64,000 nucleotides of DNA from Mobula hypostoma (Eukaryota). Location of the stretch: the NCBI RefSeq assembly GCF_963921235.1, contig NC_086097.1, positions 171,246,001 to 171,310,000 of the forward strand, given 5' to 3'. How positions within the stretch are numbered: the first letter of the stretch is position 1; every line of letters starts with the position of its first letter. A model generated the notes under the pieces. That model did no database searches. It saw only the letters and a program-made list of their open reading frames with translations, and had not been told where the DNA came from. This document shows positions 48,615-59,589 of the stretch, in pieces. The position numbers were made by a program, and so were the translations under genes.

Positions 48615-48790
48615 CCTGTGATGTGATTAGCAGCACAAGGCTTTACAACTCCAGAGACCCAGATACAATCCAGACCTGGAGCTATTTGTGTGGTGCACAC
48701 ACTTCTATCTGTGACGTATGCATTTCTATCAGGTGCTTTGGTTCAAATCCCAAAAAAACATGCTAGCTGATGGATTAATTGGCCACTGTC
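48615..48790 (+). mobile_element. Degenerate tRNA-derived V-SINE (HE1-like)
   Basis: gattagca..ctttacaactccagagacccagatacaatcc..tgtgtgg..ctgtgacgtatgcatttc..ggtgctttggtt..ttaattggccactgt pattern. Confidence 0.45.
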
Positions 48791-49080
48791 ACAGTATTTT
48801 TGTGAAAAAGTAAATATAAAATTTAAAAACTCTCATTTCTTGGCTTCAGGTTATGGAAAGATGCTCTGGACTATTTACTTGGAGCATCCTCCCATAACAC
48901 AGTGGTAATTGTAGTTAGTATTCTAAGAATTCTGAATTATTCCGGGAGTCTGCCATTTTCAGCCAGAGGAGCATTGCTGGTAACTATGGAACATTAATGG
49001 TCCTAATATAGAACATAGAACATAGACCAGCATAGCACAGACCTACTGATGAATGGAAAGTTCTCATCGGTGATGATTAA

Positions 49081-49182
49081 GAGTCACAATGAAGGGTCTC
49101 AGCCTGAAATGTCAACCATTTATTCCCTTCCATACATGCTGCCTGAGTGCTGAGTTCCTCCAGCATTTTGTGTGCATTGCTT
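49081..49182 (+). mobile_element. Penelope pLTR fragment with a degenerate hammerhead
   Basis: gagtcacaatgaagggtctcagcctgaaatgtcaacc...gagttcctccagcattttgtgtg. Confidence 0.7.
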
Positions 49183-50734
49183 CGCATAATGTGGCATTCA
49201 TTAAAAAGGTACAGTCAAGTTATTTTTATTTTTGTTTATTTGTCTTTATTTTACTTTATTTATGAAACATAGGTCGTAGAAAATTGAATAGCTCAGCACA
49301 GGAACAAGCCCTTTCGCCCACAATGTTGTGCTAAATTAATTAAATTCATAACTAAATGCCCATCTAAACTAATCTCCTCTGTCTACTAATGCCTGTATTC
49401 TTCCATTCCCGGCACATTGATGCACCTGTCTAAGAGCTTCTTAAGCACATCTATTGTATCTGCATCCAGGGCCACCCCAGGCAGCTCTTGACAGGCACTC
49501 ACCACTTTCTGTGTAAAGAATCTTGCAAAGTACATCCTCTTTAAGCTCACCCCTCACTTTAAATTCATGCCCTCTGGTGTATCAGAATTTAGCTTCATGC
49601 ACTCAGTAGGAGCAGGGTAATTACAGGTAGGGTGTCCAAAGTACTCTTTCCCATTTCCCATTTTAATGCTCCATTTGTTTCAGAGTCAGTGTATCATCCA
49701 GGTTATGTATCATGGTCAAGAATTTCCAGAGGTTCTGGTAGAGGATCTCTAAGAATAGTTTATAAAAAGTGTCAGATGTGATACAGTGTAATTTCCTTTC
49801 TCTCTGTGAAAACATGCTCATGGATGACTGCATCTGACAGCATCTAAAATGTCCTGATTTCAGAGAAAAATGTCCAGAGGCCTCAGTTCTCATTTCTATT
49901 TTAGGAAGGAAAGATGAAAACAGAAGAAGGGAAGTAAGAGAAGGGAAGCAGGTAGTTGGGACTAGACAAAAGATCAGGTTGGCATGGACTAGATGGGCCA
50001 AAGGGCCTGTTTCTCTGCTCTAGTACTCTATGACTTTATGATTCTCAGTGCTTCTTAAAATGATACTATTGCACCTGCCCCAACTACTTTCTCTGACAGC
50101 TCGTTCCATGCCCTCTGTGTGAGAGAAAATGTCCGAAGAACAGGCACAAGTACAATGGGTCAAAAGTCCCTTGTCAACTCTGTGGTTCTGACTTTTGGGC
50201 AAAGAGTCAGGATGAATAATGATATTGTCTATAATCAAATACACAGTGTGATGCTTGTTTCAGTAAGGACTGAAGCAAAAGTTTCATGAATGCAAAGTGT
50301 TGAGATAAAGGTTCTGATAATAACATGACTGATGTGTTTGTCTCTGAGACCACAGAGGGAAGATGCATTGGAATGGAATTGCACACTGCAGTCCAGGACA
50401 TTGGGTGTAGGAGAATGAATAAAATGCAAATCTCTTCCTCGTGAGGGGCAACTAGTTTAAATGATCTTGGAGGTTAGATATCACTGAGTCAGCTGCAATT
50501 ACAGCAGACAGCTGGACAAAATATAATAGGAGGTTTGTTCTAACCAAACACATTGCAACAAGATTAAACTGAACAAAGTACTAGTCATGTCTCTGCAGAT
50601 TATTTTTATAGTTTTTATGTTCAAACATTACATTAGAAATAAAACATTAATAAGCATCTCATGAAGTTTAAAATTTACCTTTAAGGGCAGTAACTCTGTT
50701 ATATTTTCTAATCATAACATAATCAGTTGACCAC

Positions 50735-51260
50735 TTGACCACATAGACATGGTGGCCAAAAACACACACCTGTTCCCCCATTTTCTCAAAAAGCTAAGCA
50801 AACTTGACATATCTCAAATGGCTCTCATGAATTTTTATAAGAGCAACATAGAAAGCATTCTGTCCAGATGCATTATGGCTTGGCATGGTAACTGTTCTGT
50901 GTGTGGCCATAAAAGACAAGAGAGTTGTGGCCAGAGCTCAGCATATTACCAAAACCAACCTCCCTCCATGGACTCTGTCTATACTTCCCACTGCTCTGGG
51001 ATAGCAGCCAGCATAATCATAGGTATCACCCATTCCAGACATTCTTTCCTCCCCCGCCCCCCCTCTCATCAGGCAGAAGATACAAAGCTTGAAAGCACAC
51101 ACCACCAGGTCCAAGGACAACTTCTATCCTGCAGTTATAAAATTCTCATATAGTCACCTAGTAAAACAAGATGGGCTCTTGAATTCCCAGTCTACCTTTT
51201 CATGACCTTGCACCTTATTATCTGCACTTTCTTGGTGACTGTAACACTTTATTCTGCATT
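50735..51260 (+). mobile_element. Old Rex1/Babar 3' fragment
   Basis: HFLKKLSKL..LMNFYKSNIESILSRCIMAWHGNCS. Confidence 0.75.
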
Positions 51261-52899
51261 CAAGTGATAGTGAGGTCAGTAGTCAATAGGCTGGGAGATC
51301 TGTGGGGAGAGGTCAGCAGAACGAGATGTCAAGGGGTGGAAGTCAGTGGAGTGACAGGTTAATGAGTGAGGGATCAGTGTGTGTGGAGAGATTGGAAGGG
51401 TGAGACGTCAGTGGGGTGAGAACTTAATAGGATCCAGCAATTGAGATAGATTGAAGTCCCATTTGACATTACGATGCAGAATTTGGTCAGAGTTCCTACC
51501 ATCCTGATTGGTGCATCATTTGAGGGAGAGAATGACACACTTCAGATTTCTGGCCTCTTGTAAAATTGCTTTCCAATCAGTTTTCTCTGGAAGTTATGCA
51601 GGAAGCATGTGAAGAAGATAGGACTCACAGATCTGATGTGGGAACTAAACTTTGGAAGCAGAGTGATGGCCATTGTCAGAGTGACTGCACAGTGGTTAGT
51701 TGTGGTTTGTAGAGACAGCCATATCTAAATTCTCCATCTGACTTTCACCTCTCCTCTCCTGGATTCACTTATCACCTGACAGCCCTGACTCCAGTTCTTC
51801 TCCTCACCTCTTTATACTGACTATCTCCTCTTTATCTTTTATTCCAGGTGAAAGGACCAAAAACAATGACGTCCATTTCCCTTCACAGATGCTGCTCGAC
51901 CCATTGACCTCATACTGCTTGTTGGCTCTTACTTCAAATTTCCACACCTGCAGTCTTCTGTATCTCCGCTCCCAATGAGTGAGGGGACATGAGGTTTTTC
52001 TACTTCCCCCTTGCATTGGATATTGAAGTAGGTGGATATATTTGTTGGGAAGATTAACTGTATCTTTCTCTCTCCACAAATTAACAAATTTGTTATCTAT
52101 GAATAATTTACAGAATGTCACGCACATTAAAAAGCAATTGCTTGGGTTTGTCCTCTTGACTTGCATCCTGCTCTTTAATTCGTCTGTCATTGTCAGTTAT
52201 GTTAATCCAACTTTAATCACTCTGTTTAATTACTAACCCTCTTGTATGCCTGTGGTTTAATTCTTCATACAGTCTACATCACTGGATGCTGTGATAAAAT
52301 TTTTATCAGCAAATTTCAGGCAGCTGTGACAAAATGTTTATTCCATCACTGCAGTTTATAACATTTAAATGGGTTTCCTGTGAGAAAGAATATTATGTAA
52401 GTGTGCATGATTGTCTGAGATTTCCTGTTGAAGGGTGGGTGGGAGCCAACAGTCCCTCAAACTGACATAAAACCACACATTCCTTTGGCATTGCAGTTTG
52501 TCCGTGATTCACCTTATCAAGAACCTCATTGTTTATTGACAACATTAGGCTTCAAGCAACAAGCCGAAATAATGTTATTGAGTCCGGCCTGTTAATGGGC
52601 AAAGTCTTATCTTGAAGGTGCAGCTCACACAAAAGCCAGGAAAATATAATGAATTAAATACTGGTCACAAAGTCCAGTGCTTCTGCATCTCATTGTTAGG
52701 AAGTACTTGAATTCCACATTTAGCTGCACTGTACCACAGGAGATGGTCAATGGAAGAGAACCAAGTGTCCAGGTGCTACATCTTTGAAAAACAAAAATGC
52801 TGAAGTTGTCTCTATAATTAATTGAGCAGTGTGACAGTTTGATCTCAGCATCACAAAGTGATCTTCTAGCCTGTGCTTGCTTTGGTGTGACATTGAAAG

Positions 52900-53377
52900 G
52901 TGTAGGAGCAGAATTAGGCCATTCGGCACATCGAGACTCCTCCGCCATTCTATCAGGGCTGATTTATTATTTCCTCTCAATACCATTCTCCTGCTTTATC
53001 CCCGTAAACTTTGATGCCCTTACTCATCAAGAAGTTGTCAAAATCTGCTTTAAATATACCCATTAACACAAACTTCACAGCCATTTGTGGCAATGAATTC
53101 TGAAGATTCACCATCCTCTGGCTAAAGAAATTCCTCCTCAGTTCTGACCTTTACGGATGTCCTTCTATTCTGAGGCTGTGCCCTCTGGCCCTAAACTCTT
53201 CCACTAATAGATACATCCTCTCTAGCTCCAATCTATTTAGGTTTTTCGATATTTGTTAGGTTTCGATGAAGAATCAATTGTACTTCTAAACCAGCGAGTA
53301 CAGGTTCAGAGCCAGCAAACACTCCTCATTGATTAACCCCTTTATTCCAAGGATTGCTCTCAGAAACCTCCTCTGGG
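52900..53377 (-). mobile_element. CR1 3' fragment
   Basis: gtaggagcagaattaggccattcggc tail, matching 5398 onward. Confidence 0.8.
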
Positions 53378-53976
53378 CATGACACAGGACCGCAGAGATA
53401 TTCCATCACAGGCATGACCGGCATAGGGTCATGTAGTCACGATTTACGCAGCACAGAAACAGGCCCTTCAGTTCAGCATTCCTGTGCTGACCATCATGTA
53501 TCAATATTACAAGGTTACAAATACCAGATTTATATTGGCCATATACAGTACATAGGAATGAACCCCCATAAAGTAATCAAACACCACTGTCTTGTAATAT
53601 CACAGGCTGCCAGTTTCACCATGGGACACGACTTCAAGGAGTTGCTTTAGAAATTTACAACCTGTTGATGTGGTGATATCACGTGTCATGTGTAAGAACG
53701 TGATCGGACAGAGTTCGGAGCATGCTCAGAAATGACAGAATGATCTGGAAACTTGTATGTTAAAAACGTGGTTGCTGTTGCTGTTGTAAATAAAAGTTCT
53801 AGTTTTAATTCTTCCAGAATATGGTTTGTTCTTAGTAACCCACGGTACGTGTAAAGAACACAACATGGTGTCAGAAGTCAGTCTGGAAGAATAATTTGTT
53901 TCGCTAACACAGGAGAAGCGAAGATAATTGAAAAAAAGAGTACAAACTTTTTCATTATTTGCTAACAGCTTTAAAA

Positions 53977-55599
53977 ATGGAACTTTTGCAACCCCCATCG
54001 ACGCTTCAGCTGACTGGAAACGTAGCTGAAAACTGGAAAAGATTTAAACAACGTTTTGAAATTTATTCATCGGCGATCAGAGCAGATAATAAAATGGAGA
54101 AAACAAAAGCTGCACTTCTACTCCATGTGATAGGGGACGATACAATTGAGGTATATAACCATTTTACTTTTTAAAATGGAGATAATTTGAACCTAAAAGC
54201 GATAATCGACAAATTTGACGCATTTTGTATACCAAAGTGTAATGTGACGTATGAGAGCTATAAATTTTTCAAATGTCAGCAGAGACCTGGTCAAACAATT
54301 GATCAATTTGTTATGGAGCTGAGAAACCACATTAAGAATTGCGAGGTTGTAGAGCTTACAGATTCTCTCATTAAGGGCAGAATTGTTCGCGGCATTCTGG
54401 ATAATGGTCTGAGAGAAAAACTGTTAGAACAAGATTTGAATTTGGAAAAGATTGCGGCACTCTATAAAGCTTCTGAGACCGTGACGTCACAGACTAAAGA
54501 GCTTTTTATTGAGAACTGCAACGTACATGCTGTGCGCTAACATATTAGAAAAACTAATAAAACGGCAACAGAACCGACAGAAAACAAGACGTCATCTGAA
54601 AGAAAAAAATTTTGTGATCGCTGTGGGCGGGAGCACTGACCTAAAAAGCGTCCAACATATCAGAAAATGTAAAACAACTGTGGTAAGAGTAATCATTTTT
54701 CATGCTGTTGCAGAAGTAGAAAGGAAATAAAACACGTAAATGCAGTGCTTGAAAATGAACGCGAAGAGTTTTACATAGATGTGCTTTGTGAAAACAAACA
54801 AAGTAAGAATGACTGGACTATGCCATTACAAGTGAACCAAAACAATATTCTGTTTAAACTGGATACTGGAGCACAAGTAAATGTTCTTGGAAAATCTGAG
54901 TTTAATGCATTAAAGACAAGACCAAAGTTACATCAGACAAATATAAAAGTGACTGAGTATTCAAGTGTAGACATTCCAGTTAAAGGAGCATGTGTGGCAA
55001 AATTATCACACAAAAATATTGAGCACATACTTTCATTTGTGGTAGTGCCAAAAAATGTACAGTCAATATTGGGTTTATCTGCCTGTGAGAGACAGAATTT
55101 AGTGAAAAGAGTTTTGGTCCTGGATAGTGACACAGAGTCAGAATACAGTGACTCAATAAAAGAGAATATAAAAGTAGTAGCTGCAGTGTCAGAAACGACC
55201 AAACAGAAGGCAATTGATGATGTGAAAAAGCAAAGGCAGGAGGAGGTTGCTTCAAGGCAAGCGATGATGAAAGAGACACTGAGAGAATATGAGATTCAGT
55301 TTCATCACCGTCTAGAGCAAGAATGCTCACAGTGGGCACAGTATAAGGAAGCAGTGGAATGTGAATTGACTGATCTAAGGAGACATTTGTCTGAAGGACA
55401 AGGAGATGAAGTAAAGATACAAGACAAAATGAACACATGGACACAGAAAGCTACAGTACTTGAAGAAGTACAACCCAGATCATACATGGTCCAAACAGAA
55501 GAAGGAGCAGTGTTAAGAAGGAATTGCAAAGACTTTAAGAAAGAGCCAGCTTCAGCGTTTCAGTTAACTGATGCAGACCAGATGAAACACAAGAACTAG
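53977..55599 (+). pseudogene. Single-frame Gag-protease-RABEP1-integrase-tail fusion with four premature stops in gag
   Basis: MELLQPPSTLQLTGNVAENWKRFKQRFEIY (Gag); knuckles CDRCGREH and NNCGKSNHF..CC; FKLDTGAQVNVL (protease); GDEVKIQD..W..ATVLEEVQPRSYMVQTEEGAVLRRN (integrase C-terminal tail); stops at 54172, 54538, 54637, 54670; no frameshift. Confidence 0.88.
55162..55401 (+). pseudogene. RABEP1: Captured fragment of the Rabaptin-5 N-terminal coiled coil (80 codons)
   Basis: ENIKVVAAVSETTKQKAIDDVKKQRQEEVASRQAMMKETLREYEIQFHHRLEQECSQWAQYKEAVECELTDLRRHLSEGQ aligns without gaps to human RABEP1 as I recall it: ENIKAIATVSENTKQEAIDEVKRQWREEVASLQAVMKETVRDYEHQFHLRLEQERTQWAQYRESAEREIADLRRRLSEGQ (~aa 86-165). 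Confidence 0.93.
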
Positions 55600-56044
55600 A
55601 AGGTCTACTCGTGTTCGTAAACCCCTAGAGAGACTGATAGAGTCATGTTAATTTATGTGTTTGTTCTGATCAATGTTGCTAATTGTTTTTCTTTTTAAGG
55701 AAAGGAAGATGTGGTGATATCACATGTCATATGTAAGAACGTGATTGGACAGAGTTCGGAGCATGCTCAGAAATGACAGAATGATCTGGAAACTTGTATG
55801 TTAAAAACGTGGTTGCTGTTGCTGTTGTAAATAAAAGTTCTAGTTTTAATTCTTCCAGAATATGGTTTGTTCTTAGTAACCACGGTACGTATAAAGAACA
55901 CAACAGTTGATACCTGTTCAATGATACTCGATCAAAGAATGTAACATACACTGATAGTTCAAGCTCATCAAAATTAGGCACAGAGTGGGGGATATCCTGG
56001 TTTTGTACCATTGCAACTAGGTAGAGAAAGACAATAAATAAATG

Positions 56045-56402
56045 TTCAGGCAGCGCCTCAAGAAGTTATCATTAAGAACCTTCACTATCTGGATTACGCC
56101 ATCTTCTCATTACTACCAGTGTGGAGGAGGTACAGGAGTCTAAAGACCCAAACTCAACATTTTAGGAACAGCTTCTTCCCTCCCCACTCAGATTTTTGAA
56201 TGTTCCATGATCTCATGACCATGATTCTTCTTTCCTTTTTTCCCCTCTTTTCTTCACTATTCCTCTTTTGCAGTACTTATTTACTTGTATTTTAATTGTA
56301 ATTGATAGTAATTTATTATGCCTTGTATTGTACTGCTGCCACAAAAACAAGAAATTTCACAATTTTGTCAGTGATAACAGACCTAATTCTGACTCTGATT
56401 CT
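56045..56402 (+). mobile_element. Rex1/Babar 3' fragment
   Basis: ggaggaggtacaggagtctaaagaccc..ttaggaacagcttcttcccc..(TTCTGA)n tail. Confidence 0.7.
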
Positions 56403-56692
56403 GGTTCATTCATTGCAATGGTATAGAAAATACGAATACAGGTGTCCCCCGCTTTTCGAACATTCGCTTTACGAAACCTCACTGTTATGAAAGACCTACA
56501 TTAGTACCCTGTTTTCGCTAACAGAAGGTTTTTTCACTGTTACGAAAAAAGCAGTGCGCGAGAAATGGCGGTGTGTGAAAAAAAAGCAGCGCGCGCCCTG
56601 AGCAGCTAAGCTCCTCCCCCGGAACTGCATTCTAGCCGCCATTGCTTAAACACGTGCTTTATCTCGATTTATTTTGTGCATCCATTAACAAA

Positions 56693-58484
56693 ATGAGTTT
56701 GAAGGTATTGGAAAAGCCTAAAAGAACTCATAAGGGTGTTACACTTAGCGTAAAACTAGACATAATTAAGCGTTTCAATCATGGTGAACGAAGTAAGGAC
56801 ATTGTCCGCGCGTTGAACTTGCACCATTCGCACTATTTATACGCAGAGAGAAAAAATCTTGAAAGCTGCCGATGTTACTGTTGGTTCTGCTCGTAGCAAA
56901 GTGGTCTCTCGTAGTCGGCATCCAGTAATGGATAAAATGGAAAGTCTATTGCTTGAGTGGATTGATGGGTGTACAAAACATGGTGTTCCTTTAAGTTATC
57001 TTATACTTGAGAAATCAGTCAGTCTTTTTAATAAGCTGAAACAGAAAGCGCTGGCCGATGGTGATGAAAGTATTGCAAAAGTGGAATTTAAAGGTAGTTA
57101 CGGGTGGTTTGATCGGTTTCTGAGACGAGGGCAGCTTCATAGTTTAACGGTTACAGGAGAGAGTGTTTCGGCTGATACTGAAGCTGCTGAAAGGTTCCCA
57201 GCAGAACTGAAGAAAATATTACAGAAGGTGGTTATTCATATAAGCAAGTGTTTAACTGTGGTGAAACTGCAATTTATTGGAAAAAATTGCCGAGTAAGAC
57301 ATTTATTTTGAAAGAAGAAAAGCAGGCTAAGGGACACAAGGTATCAAAGGACAGGTTTACCCTAATGCCTATTATTAACGCCACTAAGCCTCTACTAGTG
57401 TACCATTCAGAAAATCCGAGGGCACTTAAAGGCGTTGATAAGAAACCACTTCCCGTTGTGTCTCGTTCACATCCAAGCAGTTGGTACACCCAAGTGCTTT
57501 TTTTCTGAGTACATGAGCAGATGCGTTAGTCCTTTTGTTGAAAAATACTGCAGAGAAAATAACCTCCATAGTAGGTGTCTTGTGATTGTCGATAATTGTG
57601 CTGCTCATCCGCCTGGCATTACCGAGTATGGCGGTAACATTCATGTTGCGTTCTTACCGCCGAATACGACATCGTTGCTGCAGCCGTGCGACCAAGGCCT
57701 AATAGCCACAATTAAGGCTTACTATGCGCAAAATGTGATGCGTTTTATTGTAAGTGCTATTGATAGAGAGGGCAACTCTGAAGCATCTTTGCAAGAGATC
57801 TGGAAAGACTACAATATAAAACTGGCAATCACCAGCATTGGAGATGCTCTTGATAGGCTAACAGTCTCGATGAGAAATGGCGTTTGGAGGAAGCTATGTC
57901 CCAAAGCAGTGAACGATTTTAAAGGCTTCGAACCATCGACAATGAAAACGACAATAGTGAGCTTGGCTAAGGAGGCAGGGTTTGTGGAAGTTGACGAAGA
58001 TGATGTTGAAGAGGTTTTGGCATCCCATGACCAAGAATTGACAGATGAAGAGCTGATGCAATTGCAAGAGGAAAGGATAACAATCGAAACTGAACGCAGT
58101 AGTGAAAATGAAGTCGTCCAGGGACTGAACGTGAAGCAGTTGCATGAGATTTTCGCTGTGATTGACAGCACTGCAATGATTGCAGAAAAGTATGACTTTA
58201 ATTTTGAAAGGTCATGTAGGTTTAGGGCAGGTTTGCAGGATGTTTTGAGTGCTTACAAAGAACTCTATGATCTAAAAATGCGCGAGGCTCAGCAGTCAAG
58301 TATACTGTCGTTTTTCAAGCCTTGCACATCAGCCACAGCAGACGACGAACCTCAACCTTCGACACCGAGGCAGGCAGACATAGAAGAAGATGACCTGGCT
58401 GCCCTATTGGAAATAGACTACGATGAGATGACACCCCAGTCTCCTCTACGTCCCACCACCCCAATTTCCGATGACTCAGCCTAA
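56693..58484 (+). pseudogene. Frameshifted Tigger transposase (CENP-B-type HTH plus DDE_1)
   Basis: VTLSVKLDIIKRF; MESLLLEWI; FKGSYGWFDRFLRR; VFNCGETAIYWKKLP; LVIVDNCAAHP; FLPPNTTSLLQPCDQGLIATIKAYY; spread over four ORFs. Confidence 0.9.
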
Positions 58485-58529
58485 CACACCATTCCGATGC
58501 CCGTAAGTGAAACTACACTGCACATACAT

Positions 58530-58941
58530 TATTTCTACTTTATATAGGTTGTGTATTTTTGTGTTATTTAGTATGATTTGTTATTTGGTATGATTTGCCT
58601 GCCTCATAGCTTAAAGGTTACTGGAGAGAGTGCTTCTGCCGACCGTGCCTGCACCGACAGCGCTTCCGCCGACAGCGCTTCTGCCGAGAGCGCATGCGTG
58701 AGATTTTCGTTGCGCTAGATTGTGCTTCAATGATTGCAAAAAGTATTTCTACTTTATATGGGCTGTGTATTTTTGTGTTATTTAGTATGATTTGTTATTT
58801 GGTATGATTTGGCAGCCTCATAGCTTAAAGGTTACTGGAGAGAGAGCTTCTGTCGCGAGCGCATGCGTGAGATTTTCGCTGCGCTAGACAGTACTTCAAT
58901 GATTGCAAAAAGTATTTCTACTTTATATAGGCTGTGTATTT
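58530..58941 (+). repeat. Subterminal tandem repeat in Tigger (units of 214 bp and 169 bp plus a partial unit)
   Basis: tatttctactttatatagg recurs at 58530, 58744 and 58913. Confidence 0.9.
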
Positions 58942-59589
58942 ATCATATCATTCCTGCTTTTACTATATGTTACTGTTATTTTAGGTTTTATGTGTTATTT
59001 GGCATGATTTGGTAGGTTATTTTTTGGGTCTGGAAACGCTCAGAAATTTTTCCCATATTAATAAATGGTAATTGCTTCTTCACTTTACGACATTTCGGCT
59101 TACGAGCTGTTTCATTGGAGTGCTGTACCTTCAGATGGGGGGGGAAACCTGTATTGCATCAAGGGATTTCGTGTGGTTTCTGAATAACAGACAGAATTGA
59201 CTTATAAAAAGCCTATAAAAACAGAACCTGTTCATAACTCAAGGACAGCCTATGAAGTCATTTCCTAGCACTTGGCAATTTAAGTGCTTTTCTAGGTACT
59301 TCCGAAATGGGGTGGGAGTACCTGGCTCTACTTATTCTTCACCAAAGAACCTAATTATTAGTCACAGCAATGCAGAAAATGTGACACTGAACGCTGTCCT
59401 ATGCCAGTATTTGGGGGGGGGTGTCTTAACATGGGAATTTCTTCATCATGGCAGAGTCTAAATCCTGGGATGCCCAACATCAAGGTGAGAGAAATTTCAT
59501 CAGAAGGAGTGTAGTGGTTTAAAGGAGGCAGCTCATGACCACTCCACTTAGAGTCATATAACACTACAGCACAGAAACAGGAATGCCTT

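Larger units (their letters stand above)
53669..55905 (+). mobile_element. Complete non-autonomous Gypsy-type LTR element (2237 bp) carrying a captured host sequence
   Basis: LTRs 53669-53865 and 55710-55905 (TG..CA; 4 substitutions and 1 indel seen); TSD GTTGA (53664-53668, 55906-55910); PBS TGGTGTCAGAAGT (53866, tRNA-Leu-type); PPT AAGGAAAGGAAGA (55697-55709). Confidence 0.96.
56439..59151 (+). mobile_element. Full-length Tigger (pogo, Tc1/mariner superfamily) DNA transposon
   Basis: TIRs CAGGTGTCCCCC / GGGGGGAAACCTG; TA on both sides (56437-56438, 59152-59153); internal transposase. Confidence 0.93.

Noticed and set aside
51262..51430. Purine-rich degenerate repeat (gaggtcagt-like units)
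   Set aside because: Low-complexity decayed minisatellite with irregular spacing; not an array with distinct spacers.
55162..55401. RABEP1 match as a genuine exon of the host RABEP1 locus
   Set aside because: It lies between paired LTRs with a TSD, is fused in frame to protease and integrase tail, has no polypyrimidine acceptor or GT donor at its ends, and no other RABEP1 exons were recognised in the window.
57435..58484. 349-aa ORF as a domesticated TIGD gene
   Set aside because: The transposase has several frameshifts and is still flanked by TIRs and a TA duplication, so it is an ordinary decayed transposon.
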